A stretch of 64,000 bases of DNA, taken from contig DYFC01000034.1 in NCBI GenBank assembly GCA_020725385.1, positions 32,001 through 96,000 of the forward strand. Direction: 5' to 3'. Both the position numbers and the translations under genes were made by a program. Under the pieces are notes generated by a model. The model did no database searches. It was given only the letters and a program-made list of their open reading frames with translations, and had not been told where the DNA came from. The stretch comes from Nitrospira japonica (GTDB lineage: Bacteria > Nitrospirota > Thermodesulfovibrionia > Thermodesulfovibrionales > SM23-35). Shown in pieces: positions 38,938-47,387 of the stretch (within the stretch, counting starts at the first letter, position 1; each line of letters starts with the position of its first letter).

Positions 38938-39600
38938 ATGAGTTCGAGATCAGAAGAAAAACTATATAAAACCAGTGAAGAAATAGTCCACGGGATTACA
39001 CATGGCATTGGTATTTTGTTTGCTCTTGCAGGTATGATAATTCTTTTGTACTTTGCTATAATGCACGGAACCTTCCGTCATATTATAAGCTGTACAATTT
39101 ATGGAGTATCACTGATTTTACTCTATACTACTTCAACCCTCTATCATAGCATTCAACGTCCTAAAACAAAAAAAATCTTAAGACAATTAGACCATACATC
39201 AATTTATATTTTAATTGCAGGCTCATATACACCCTTTACACTTGTTAATCTTCGTGGCATATGGGGATGGACATTATTCAGTATAGTGTGGGGGCTTGCA
39301 TTTGCCGGAATAATTATGCAATTATCTCCATTAAGAAAATGGAAAATAATAAGAATGCTCATTTATATAGTAATGGGTTGGATTGCAATAACTGCAATTA
39401 AACCCTTACTATTTTCTCTTCCTCTTAATGCTTTTATTCTTATAGTAGCAGGAGGGATAATTTATACCTCCGGAATAGTGTTTTATCTCTGGAGGCGCAT
39501 CCCTTTTAATCATGCTATATGGCATGTATTCGTTCTCGCAGGCAGTATAATGCATTATTTTGCAGTTCTTCTATCTTTAAACCGTTCATGGTCTTTATAA
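38938..39600 (+). CDS. Hemolysin III / PAQR family membrane protein
   Basis: EEIVHGITHG, STLYH, DHTSIYILIAGSYTPF, HAIWHVFVLAG. Confidence 0.92.
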   Translation: MSSRSEEKLYKTSEEIVHGITHGIGILFALAGMIILLYFAIMHGTFRHIISCTIYGVSLILLYTTSTLYHSIQRPKTKKILRQLDHTSIYILIAGSYTPFTLVNLRGIWGWTLFSIVWGLAFAGIIMQLSPLRKWKIIRMLIYIVMGWIAITAIKPLLFSLPLNAFILIVAGGIIYTSGIVFYLWRRIPFNHAIWHVFVLAGSIMHYFAVLLSLNRSWSL

Positions 39601-39766
39601 TCGAGACAATTCTATATTTTTTGACCATCAAGAATAAAAGCTTTATAGCATCTTTTGCATTTCGCAAATGCCTATGTGAAAACATAAAGCAAAAAGAAAC
39701 AATACCCGAACCCTCTTCAGGGCACCTCTCTCGGTAAAAATAAAAACAGATAATAATTCGTGATTT

Positions 39767-40108
39767 TTATAACCCGAGTGCTTCGGCTATTCTTTTCTTT
39801 TGTTTTTCTATTGTCCTCTGTCCGTGTTCAAGATTTTTTAAGAGTTCTTTTTTTGCATTATCCGAAATATCCTTGCCACTGTCAATAAGATCGGAGATTT
39901 TTTCTTTTACATCATCTGCAAAATCATTAATGGTATCAATTGCATCTTCAACGATATTTACAGTTTCTCTCTTGATTTTACGCGCTGTTCGTGCAATATC
40001 TTTTCTTGTATCTTTACCCGACTGCGGTGCGTAAAGTAACGCAATTCCGGCTCCTACTGCACCTCCAATTAAAAATGCAAGCGCTATTTTCTTATAATCT
40101 TCGTCCAT
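39767..40108 (-). CDS. YtxH domain-containing protein
   Basis: FLIGGAVGAGIALLYAPQSGKDTR; AAGGAGG SD upstream of ATG 40108. Confidence 0.85.
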   Translation of the reverse strand: MDEDYKKIALAFLIGGAVGAGIALLYAPQSGKDTRKDIARTARKIKRETVNIVEDAIDTINDFADDVKEKISDLIDSGKDISDNAKKELLKNLEHGQRTIEKQKKRIAEALGL

Positions 40109-40298
40109 TAATACCTCCTTCTTAGTAATTACTAAATTGCTAAGCTTAAACAAAGAATTTGCTATGTTTCACAATAAAATCTTAAATCAATACAGGTAAA
40201 ATGTGCCAACCGTAGAAACTATTTTCAAAATATTTTTGGTATTACCTAAATTATAATAGTTTGATTTTATTAATTCCAGCAAAATGTTGCAGAGCTTT

Positions 40299-41084
40299 TT
40301 AATATTTTAATAAATCCGATAGACGCGCAAATTCTTCGATTGTTAATGTCTCGGGTCTTCTATTAGGTTCTATTCCTGCACTCAATAGCCATTGCCCCGG
40401 GTTCTCATGCAGGGGTTTCAATGAATTCGAAAGCATTTTCCTTCTTTGTGAAAAGGCAGTCCTGATTATATTAAAAAATTTTTTTTCATTCGAGATAGTC
40501 ACCGGAGGTTTCTCTAAAATTTGCATATGTACTACCGCAGAATCAACCTTAGGTATCGGCCTGAAAGCTTCTTTTGGAATAATAAATTCAAAAGATGGCT
40601 TTGCATAATACTGAACCATTATTGTCAGTATGCCATAATCTTTACTACCAGGTTTAGCAACAATTCTTTCGGCGACTTCTTTTTGAATGCTCATTGTAAT
40701 TGATTTTAAATTACGTAAAAAATCTCCTTTTTCAGATTTAATTTCAAGTAAACGGAATATTATTGGAGTAGTTATATAATATGGAATATTTGCTACTACT
40801 TTAAAAGCAGGCAGTTTGTTGAAAGGATATTCAAGTGCATCTCCACATACCACTTCTATATTTTTATATATAGATAATTCTTTCTGTATCTTTTTATAAA
40901 GTTCTTCATCCAGCTCAATTGCTATTACTTTTTCGACTTTTTCCGCTATTATTTTAGTTAGTGTACCATGACCCGGACCTATTTCTACTACAAGATCATC
41001 AGGCTCAAGCCTCGCAACCTCAACTATTCTGCCAAGAATTTGAGGATTATAAAGAAAATGTTGTCCAAGTGATTTTTTTGCCAT
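40299..41084 (-). CDS. rsmA: 16S rRNA m6,2A dimethyltransferase KsgA
   Basis: KKSLGQHFL, EIGPGHG, ANIPYYITT, FSQRRKML. Confidence 0.95.
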   Translation of the reverse strand: MAKKSLGQHFLYNPQILGRIVEVARLEPDDLVVEIGPGHGTLTKIIAEKVEKVIAIELDEELYKKIQKELSIYKNIEVVCGDALEYPFNKLPAFKVVANIPYYITTPIIFRLLEIKSEKGDFLRNLKSITMSIQKEVAERIVAKPGSKDYGILTIMVQYYAKPSFEFIIPKEAFRPIPKVDSAVVHMQILEKPPVTISNEKKFFNIIRTAFSQRRKMLSNSLKPLHENPGQWLLSAGIEPNRRPETLTIEEFARLSDLLKY

Positions 41085-41117
41085 AGATTCTATTGCCTGT
41101 TGTGACTCCAGTATTAA

Positions 41118-42356
41118 TTAATTAGAGCCGTGATTTTGTTTTATATTAGGATAACCTCCTTTTACATTATAAAGTATAATTATTCCGGAAAGAAAAAACA
41201 TCGCTACAGAAAGAATAGCAGGTCTCTGGCTTCCGAAAGTACTTGATATATAACCGAAAACTATGGGGCCGATAATAGCAGAAGATTTCCCGGCGAGTGA
41301 ATATACTCCGAAATATTCTGCTTCTTTCCCTTCCGGTATAAATTGAGCAAAAAATGCTCTTGATGCAGCCTGTACAGTACCGAGTCCAAGACCTGCGAAT
41401 GAAGCGAGAAACCAGAACATTGTTTTAGTTTTTATAAAATATGCTACGATTGCAACGACTGTCCACATTAAAAGAGAGAGCATTACAACTTTTTTAGGCC
41501 CCCAGAAATCTATCGGTCTTGCCATTATGAAAGAGCCTGCAAGTGCAGTTGCCTGGACAATTAAGTATAGAAAAACAAGCTCCTGGGTATTAAATCCCAA
41601 TGTTACAGAAGCAAAGATACTTGAAAAGACAATTACAGTATTTACACCGTCTTCGTAAATAAAATAAGAAGTGAGAAATTTCAATGAATTTTTGTTTTGA
41701 AAAACCTCTATAAAAGTTTTGTATGTATATTTGAATCCTTTAATTCCAGAATCAAATAGGGAATCTTGTTTGCTATTTCCCGGAAGAAATAAAAATGCTG
41801 GCATAGAGAAAATTCCAAAGAAAGCTGCAACTGTAATCCATACTATCGTGAAATTTCCTGTTTTTATGAAGTAAAGAGCTATAAGCAACGCAGCAATAGA
41901 ACCGGCATATCCTACCATAAACCCCCATGCTGATACTCTTCCCAAAAATTCCTTTGGAGCAATCTGCGGTAGAAATGAATTATAAAAAACAAGACCTCCT
42001 TCCATTCCTACGTTTGCAATAACAATAAGCGTAAAACCAATTAAAGCCATACCTTTATCAAGTAATGAAAAACATGCAACAGAAGATATACAGATTGCTG
42101 TATAAATAAAAAGGAACCTTTTTCTTAATCCACCATAATCGGCAATTCCACCAAGAAATGGAGAACTGAATGCAACTATAGCCATACTTAAAGAGATAGC
42201 TCTCCCCCACCATAAATCACCCAGACCGCCTTCATTGCCAACAATGAAATTTGTATAATAAACAGGGAAGATTACTGCTGCGATTACTGCTGAATAACTT
42301 GAATTCGCAAAATCGAATAATGTCCAGCTAATTATATGTTTTTTATTCAAAGACAT
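41118..42356 (-). CDS. MFS transporter (UMF1/Atg22-like)
   Basis: SWTLFDFANS, FYNSFLP, EYFGVYSLAGKSSAIIGP; about 12 hydrophobic segments. Confidence 0.85.
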   Translation of the reverse strand: MSLNKKHIISWTLFDFANSSYSAVIAAVIFPVYYTNFIVGNEGGLGDLWWGRAISLSMAIVAFSSPFLGGIADYGGLRKRFLFIYTAICISSVACFSLLDKGMALIGFTLIVIANVGMEGGLVFYNSFLPQIAPKEFLGRVSAWGFMVGYAGSIAALLIALYFIKTGNFTIVWITVAAFFGIFSMPAFLFLPGNSKQDSLFDSGIKGFKYTYKTFIEVFQNKNSLKFLTSYFIYEDGVNTVIVFSSIFASVTLGFNTQELVFLYLIVQATALAGSFIMARPIDFWGPKKVVMLSLLMWTVVAIVAYFIKTKTMFWFLASFAGLGLGTVQAASRAFFAQFIPEGKEAEYFGVYSLAGKSSAIIGPIVFGYISSTFGSQRPAILSVAMFFLSGIIILYNVKGGYPNIKQNHGSN

Positions 42357-42459
42357 TCTTATATAATAAATGAATAAATTATTTATTTGTTAATATAAGA
42401 AATGCTATTACAATAATTCTGGTTTTAAGAAAGAATTTAGTTGAAATTGCTTAAATCTA

Positions 42460-43248
42460 TTAATTTCTTGGTTTTAGTAGCTTTCTAATTTCTGTGATTC
42501 TTTCATCGTCTATCGGATGAGTTGAAAGATAAACTAATGGTTGTTTTTCCTGCCTTCTTTGTTTCATCCTGTTTCAGAATTCTAAAGCTCCAATCGGATT
42601 ATATTCTGCTTTACTCATCAAATCAATCCCAATACGGTCGGCTTCCAGTTCCTGTTTTCTGCTAAATGGTAGAACTATACCTATTTCTGTCCCCAATCCA
42701 TAAGCTTGGTTTAATGCCTCAAGAACAATAGGATTATCAACATCCAAAATAAAGTTCAATGCAATCTGTCCCATCTTTGCAATTAATGCTATGCTCAACC
42801 GCTCTGCACCATGACGTGCTATTGCATGCCCTACCTCATGCCCAATCACTGCAGCCAACCCCTTTTCATCTTTAGTATAGGGTAGAATTCCTGTATAAAT
42901 TCCTATTTTCCCACCCGGGAGACAAAAGGCATTTACTATGTTATCATCTTCTATTACTATAAATTCCCATTTATAGTCTGAACGGCCAGAAGCTTCTGCA
43001 ATACGAGTTCCTACCTTTTTTACTTGGTTAATAAGATACTGGTTTTGGCTCAGTTTTAATTCTTTTTTGATTTTTCTTAAAGCATCTTCTCCTATTTTTA
43101 TTTCGCTTGATTCAGGGATAATAATCAATTGTTTTCGCTCTGTTAAGGGGGCTTCCTTACATGAAGCGAAGAATAAAACAATAGCAAATAATATAATAAT
43201 TGCTTTAAGTGATTCTTTTCTGCTTCTATTTTTTATAAACAAATTCAT
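42460..43248 (-). pseudogene. M48 family Zn metallopeptidase (LoiP/Oma1-like) interrupted by an in-frame TGA at 42576-42574
   Basis: NAFCLPGG, HEVGH, FSRKQELEAD; after the TGA the frame continues NRMKQ..YLSTHP..RI..* to 42460; the TGA is at the usual Trp of EFWxRM. Confidence 0.7.
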
Positions 43249-43982
43249 TCTGAACTATCTATAGCCTCTCGACCTTTTTGTTTTCTTATTCCTGATAGGA
43301 TATTCAAGGTTTCAACAAATCCAGAAAATCCCATCGCAAAATAAATATAGGCCTTTGGTATATGAAATTCCAAGCCCTCAGCTATTAAAGTAACTCCTAC
43401 CATAAGTAAAAAACTTAATGCAAGCATTTTCAATGAAGGATGACGATTGATAAAATTGCTTATAGCTTCTGAAGCTATTAGCATAAGTATCATTGCAATA
43501 ACTATAGCTGCTATCATGACTCCAATCTTCTGTGCCATACCTATTGCTGTAATCACAGAATCAATCGAGAATACAATATCAAACAAAATTATTTGTGTTA
43601 CAACTGCTGCAAAAGTAGCTTTTACTTTTGTAATTATCTCTTTATGTTCTTTTTCAAATATGCCATGTATTTCATGAGTTCCCTTATAAAGAAGGAAAAG
43701 ACCTCCAGCTATCAATATTAGATCTCGTACGGAAAAACTGATATTAAATAATGAAAATAAAGGTATTGTTAAGTTCGCCAGCCATGCGATACTCAGAAGA
43801 AATAGTAATCTTGTAATTAGAGCTAAACCAATGCCAATTTTGCGTGCTTTTGGTTGTTCTACATAAGGTAGTTTGCTTGTTAAAAGAGAAATCACTACAA
43901 TATTATCTATTCCTAGAATTATTTCTAATGTAGTAAGAGTTATTAGACTCACCCATATCTGTGAATCTGTTATCCATTCCAT
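43245..43982 (-). CDS. TerC family membrane protein (probable Mn-related exporter)
   Basis: LEIILGIDN, DIVFSIDSVITAIG, PKAYIYFAMGFS. Confidence 0.92.
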   Translation of the reverse strand: MEWITDSQIWVSLITLTTLEIILGIDNIVVISLLTSKLPYVEQPKARKIGIGLALITRLLFLLSIAWLANLTIPLFSLFNISFSVRDLILIAGGLFLLYKGTHEIHGIFEKEHKEIITKVKATFAAVVTQIILFDIVFSIDSVITAIGMAQKIGVMIAAIVIAMILMLIASEAISNFINRHPSLKMLALSFLLMVGVTLIAEGLEFHIPKAYIYFAMGFSGFVETLNILSGIRKQKGREAIDSSE

Positions 43983-44016
43983 AGCCTCTCCTCTGAAAAC
44001 GTTATTCTATAAGTCG

Positions 44017-44295
44017 CTAATCGAAGATTTCTTCAAGGAATGACTTTATCTTGTGTTTTTTATGCTTGTGTTTATATTCATTTTCATATCTATGGTGTTT
44101 TGAATACCCCTCATATTCTCTCTTGTGTTCATTTCTTTCGCGATTTTCGCTATCTTGATAGGAAGCAGACCTATCAATAATCTTGTCAAGCTCACCTCTG
44201 TCAAGCCAAACTCCTCTACATTGAGGACAGTAGTCAATTTCGATTCCATGCCTTTCTGAAATCATTAATGATACATTGCATACTGGACACTTCAT
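44017..44295 (-). CDS. zf-TFIIB Zn-ribbon domain protein
   Basis: MKCPVC..EIDYCPQCRGVWLDRGELDKII..SFLEEIFD. Confidence 0.88.
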   Translation of the reverse strand: MKCPVCNVSLMISERHGIEIDYCPQCRGVWLDRGELDKIIDRSASYQDSENRERNEHKREYEGYSKHHRYENEYKHKHKKHKIKSFLEEIFD

Positions 44296-44317
44296 TTTTA
44301 CCTCCTAATATTACCAT

Positions 44318-44367
44318 AAAAAAAGACCTTCACCACGAAATACAATTCTTATCGTGATAAAGGTCTT
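44318..44367 (-). terminator. Intrinsic terminator / expression platform of the riboswitch
   Basis: Minus strand AAGACCTTtatcacga...tcgtggtgAAGGTCTT-TTTTT; the stem uses the 3' strand of the aptamer. Confidence 0.75.
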
Positions 44368-44452
44368 GCTTATTAGATTTATCTAACCAGTGGTACCAGT
44401 CTGATTAAATAGACGTATTGGTGATAGCCACTGCTCAGCTACTCCCCTTTAC
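44357..44452 (-). ncRNA. yybP-ykoY (Mn2+) riboswitch
   Basis: Minus strand AAAGGGGAGTAGC...CAATAC...GCAAGACCTTT consensus ends; upstream of the Zn-ribbon and TerC genes. Confidence 0.85.
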
Positions 44453-44557
44453 TTCATTTAATAATATATAAACATGAAATATGAAGTCAATATGAATTCT
44501 CATTCAGGGGTTAAATAATAATAGCAATCTCTTTATTATTTATTTAAAATAATAACT

Positions 44558-45460
44558 GTGAATATTATTGTATGTGGTGGAAATGGTTTTATTGGCTCAA
44601 ATCTTGTACAGCATCTTCTGAGAAAAGGACATAGTGTAACAATACTTGATAGAAATAAGACACGCTATTCATTACCAAATCTAAAATCTTTTCAAATTGA
44701 TTTATTGAAACCTGACTTGTTTCAAGAAGAATGGTTTAATAATATAGATGCTGTAATCAATCTTAGCGGAAAAGATATTTTTACATTCTGGAATCAAGAA
44801 GCTAAGAAGCTGATCTGGGAAAGCAGGGTAACTGTAAATAAGAATCTTGTTGATTTTATAAGTAAGCTTCCCGAAAAACCAAAGACATTTGTATCTGCAT
44901 CTGCTGTAGGTTTCTATGGCAATAATGGTGATGATGAGCTTACTGAAGAATCTCCTCATGGTAGAGGTTTTCTTGCTGAGGTTTGTATTTCCTGGGAAAA
45001 AGAAGCTTTGGAATCTGAAAAATACGGGATTCGCTCGGTTCAGGTAAGAACAGCTCCTGTGCTTTTAAAAAATGGTGGGATAATGCATCAAATGATGAAG
45101 TCCATGCGATTCGGTTTTACTTTTGTTTTTGGAGATGGCAACCATTGGTTTCCGTGGATTCATATGCATGACCTTCTAAGAATTTACGAAGAAGTTACAG
45201 TTAATGATAGTTTCTCCGGGCCTGTAAATGCTTCTTCTCCGGAACCTGTAAGGTTTAAGGATTTTATTAAATCTCTTGTTAGTTTTAAAAAAGCTTTAAT
45301 AATTCCTTTCCCAGTTTTTTTACTGAAGTTGTTTCTTCAGGAAACATCAGATGTTCTATTGTTCAGTCAACGAGTTGTTCCTTCAAAACTACAAAAATAT
45401 GGATTCACTTTTGAATATCCAAATTTAAAAAATGCTCTTAAAGAAGTTTTTAAGAATTAA
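44558..45460 (+). CDS. TIGR01777 family NAD-dependent epimerase/oxidoreductase (YfcH-like)
   Basis: GGNGFIG, SASAVGFYG, FPWIHMHD, GPVN, SQRVVP. Confidence 0.88.
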   Translation: MNIIVCGGNGFIGSNLVQHLLRKGHSVTILDRNKTRYSLPNLKSFQIDLLKPDLFQEEWFNNIDAVINLSGKDIFTFWNQEAKKLIWESRVTVNKNLVDFISKLPEKPKTFVSASAVGFYGNNGDDELTEESPHGRGFLAEVCISWEKEALESEKYGIRSVQVRTAPVLLKNGGIMHQMMKSMRFGFTFVFGDGNHWFPWIHMHDLLRIYEEVTVNDSFSGPVNASSPEPVRFKDFIKSLVSFKKALIIPFPVFLLKLFLQETSDVLLFSQRVVPSKLQKYGFTFEYPNLKNALKEVFKN

Positions 45461-45466
45461 CAAACT

Positions 45467-46444
45467 TTAATTTTTTAGTTTTACCCCGAGCTTTATAGCT
45501 TCTATCATACTTGATGGATTAGCTATGCCTTTCCATGCTATATCATAGGCTGTTCCATGATCAGGTGATGTTCTTACAAAAGGGAGACCTACTGTAATAT
45601 TTACACCTTTATCGAAAGCAATCATTTTTAATGGAATCAAACCCTGATCATGGTACATACAAACAACTATATCAACTTCACGTTTATATGCTTTATGGAA
45701 TATTGTATCCGGTGGATAAGGTCCTTTAACCTCAATCCCCTCTTTACGGGCATCTTTAATTGCAGGAATTATTTTTTTAATTTCTTCATCCCCGAATATT
45801 CCTGATTCTCCTGCATGTGGATTAAGACCTGCAACTGCTATTTTCGGATTTTTTATAGAGAACATATCACATGCTTTCTTTGCAAGATTGATTGTTTTTA
45901 ATATTTTCTTCCTCGTAATTAAATCAGGTACATTTCTTAATGCAACGTGAATTGTTACAAGGATAACTCTTAAAAGCCCACCCGCAAGCATCATTGCATA
46001 ATCTTTAGTCCCCGAGAGATTTGCAAGCATTTCTGTATGACCATGCCATTTGCTACCAGCCATTTTGAGTGATTCTTTTGATATAGGAGCGGTAACTATA
46101 GCATCAACTTCTTTATTTAAAGCAAGTTCAACAGCCTTTTTAATAAATAAAATACATGCTCTTCCACTTTCAAGAGTAGGTTTACTCAAAATTTTATCTT
46201 TTACAGAATTGGATTGGTGAATTATATGAATAATATCTTCTGCTGGTTTAACCTCGTTTATTGATTTTATGACTTTTAATTTTGTTGAAAGTCTCAATAA
46301 TTTTTTTGCTGATTCAATTACATTTATATCCCCTATTACAATGGGCATACATATTTTTCTAACATCCGGCAAAGTAAGTGCCTTAAGAATGATTTCAGGA
46401 CCTATACCTCCTGAATCTCCCATTGTTATAGCTATTTTTTTCAT
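45467..46444 (-). CDS. pdxA: 4-hydroxythreonine-4-phosphate dehydrogenase
   Basis: GIGPE, GHTE, GLNPHAGE, MYHDQGL, RTSPDHGTA. Confidence 0.95.
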   Translation of the reverse strand: MKKIAITMGDSGGIGPEIILKALTLPDVRKICMPIVIGDINVIESAKKLLRLSTKLKVIKSINEVKPAEDIIHIIHQSNSVKDKILSKPTLESGRACILFIKKAVELALNKEVDAIVTAPISKESLKMAGSKWHGHTEMLANLSGTKDYAMMLAGGLLRVILVTIHVALRNVPDLITRKKILKTINLAKKACDMFSIKNPKIAVAGLNPHAGESGIFGDEEIKKIIPAIKDARKEGIEVKGPYPPDTIFHKAYKREVDIVVCMYHDQGLIPLKMIAFDKGVNITVGLPFVRTSPDHGTAYDIAWKGIANPSSMIEAIKLGVKLKN

Positions 46445-46475
46445 TATTTGACTTTAGTTGTGAATCCTCTTTAGA

Positions 46476-46829
46476 TCAAGTATTGACAACTTTTTGTATT
46501 GCAGATGAAGGATTGTCTGCCTGCACAGTTGCTAAAAGCTCAAAGCCATGCTCCCTAAGATTATTCATATGCCAATTATTACCATTTACTCCTACTATAA
46601 TGTAAATTCCTAACTCAAGAATAATAACCATTATGGAAGTTTCGGCATTATTATAATATATCTCGATTGAAGTCAATAAAATAATACTGCACACAACGAT
46701 AAAAGCGTGTACCCATAACTTTTTTATTACAAGCCAGATAACTGAAAACAAAAACCCGGGCCACGAAAAACCAATCTTAACAGCCTGGTAACCAAGCGCA
46801 TAATGTTTAAAAACATTAAAGGTTTTCAT
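46476..46829 (-). CDS. DUF2628-like small membrane protein
   Basis: AVKIGFSWPGFLFSVIW..KKLW; hydrophobic segments. Confidence 0.65.
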   Translation of the reverse strand: MKTFNVFKHYALGYQAVKIGFSWPGFLFSVIWLVIKKLWVHAFIVVCSIILLTSIEIYYNNAETSIMVIILELGIYIIVGVNGNNWHMNNLREHGFELLATVQADNPSSAIQKVVNT

Positions 46830-46870
46830 TCCATTCTGAAAAGTATTTTAATTAAAAGGCCTATTTATTT

Positions 46871-47365
46871 TTAAAGTTGAATTTTTATACACGTTCTTTG
46901 TTTTAGTTCATTAATATGTAATTTAAGATGCTCATTAAGTTGTCTTTCAATAAGATAGGTTTCAATCTCATCCCAGACATCTTCTACCTGTTTTCCTTCA
47001 AACTTTTCGGGATTGGCTCTGTAAAAGTTGTGTATATCTTCTTCTTTTATTCTAATAAGAGCTTTTATTTTAAGATCTATATAATCATTTAGAATTTCTT
47101 CTTCTGTCGGCGCTTCAAGTCTGATTTTTTTTGCTTCGCCAAGCAAAAGAACCCTGTTTATCATAGTATTTAGAACTTCCTCTATTTTTATATCAGGCAA
47201 AATTTTTTTCGTTTCCGAGAATTTATTTTCAAGTTCACTCAAAGTAATTGCCTGTGTATCCACATACGCAACGATTCTATCATTTATTCCGCCAAAAACA
47301 ATTGAGTTGAAAGATAATATTAAAATTAAAATGAGTATAATTTCTTCTTTCATAATTTTTAGCAT
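46871..47365 (-). CDS. SurA N-terminal-domain-like protein (no PPIase domain)
   Basis: Signal peptide then DRIVAYVD..AITLSEL; lies between the Omp85 gene and pdxA. Confidence 0.65.
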   Translation of the reverse strand: MLKIMKEEIILILILILSFNSIVFGGINDRIVAYVDTQAITLSELENKFSETKKILPDIKIEEVLNTMINRVLLLGEAKKIRLEAPTEEEILNDYIDLKIKALIRIKEEDIHNFYRANPEKFEGKQVEDVWDEIETYLIERQLNEHLKLHINELKQRTCIKIQL

Positions 47366-47387
47366 AATAATTTAAATTTAAATGGAA

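Noticed and set aside
39625-39740. Short hairpins between the hemolysin III and ytxH genes as an ncRNA or riboswitch
   Set aside because: They lie between convergent genes and have no recognizable family motif; terminators explain them adequately.
42574-42576. Genome-wide TGA recoding (code 4/25) or Sec in the M48 peptidase
   Set aside because: Many intact genes here end in TGA (nuoK, trmJ, thiE, usp). The position corresponds to Trp and no SECIS-like hairpin follows.
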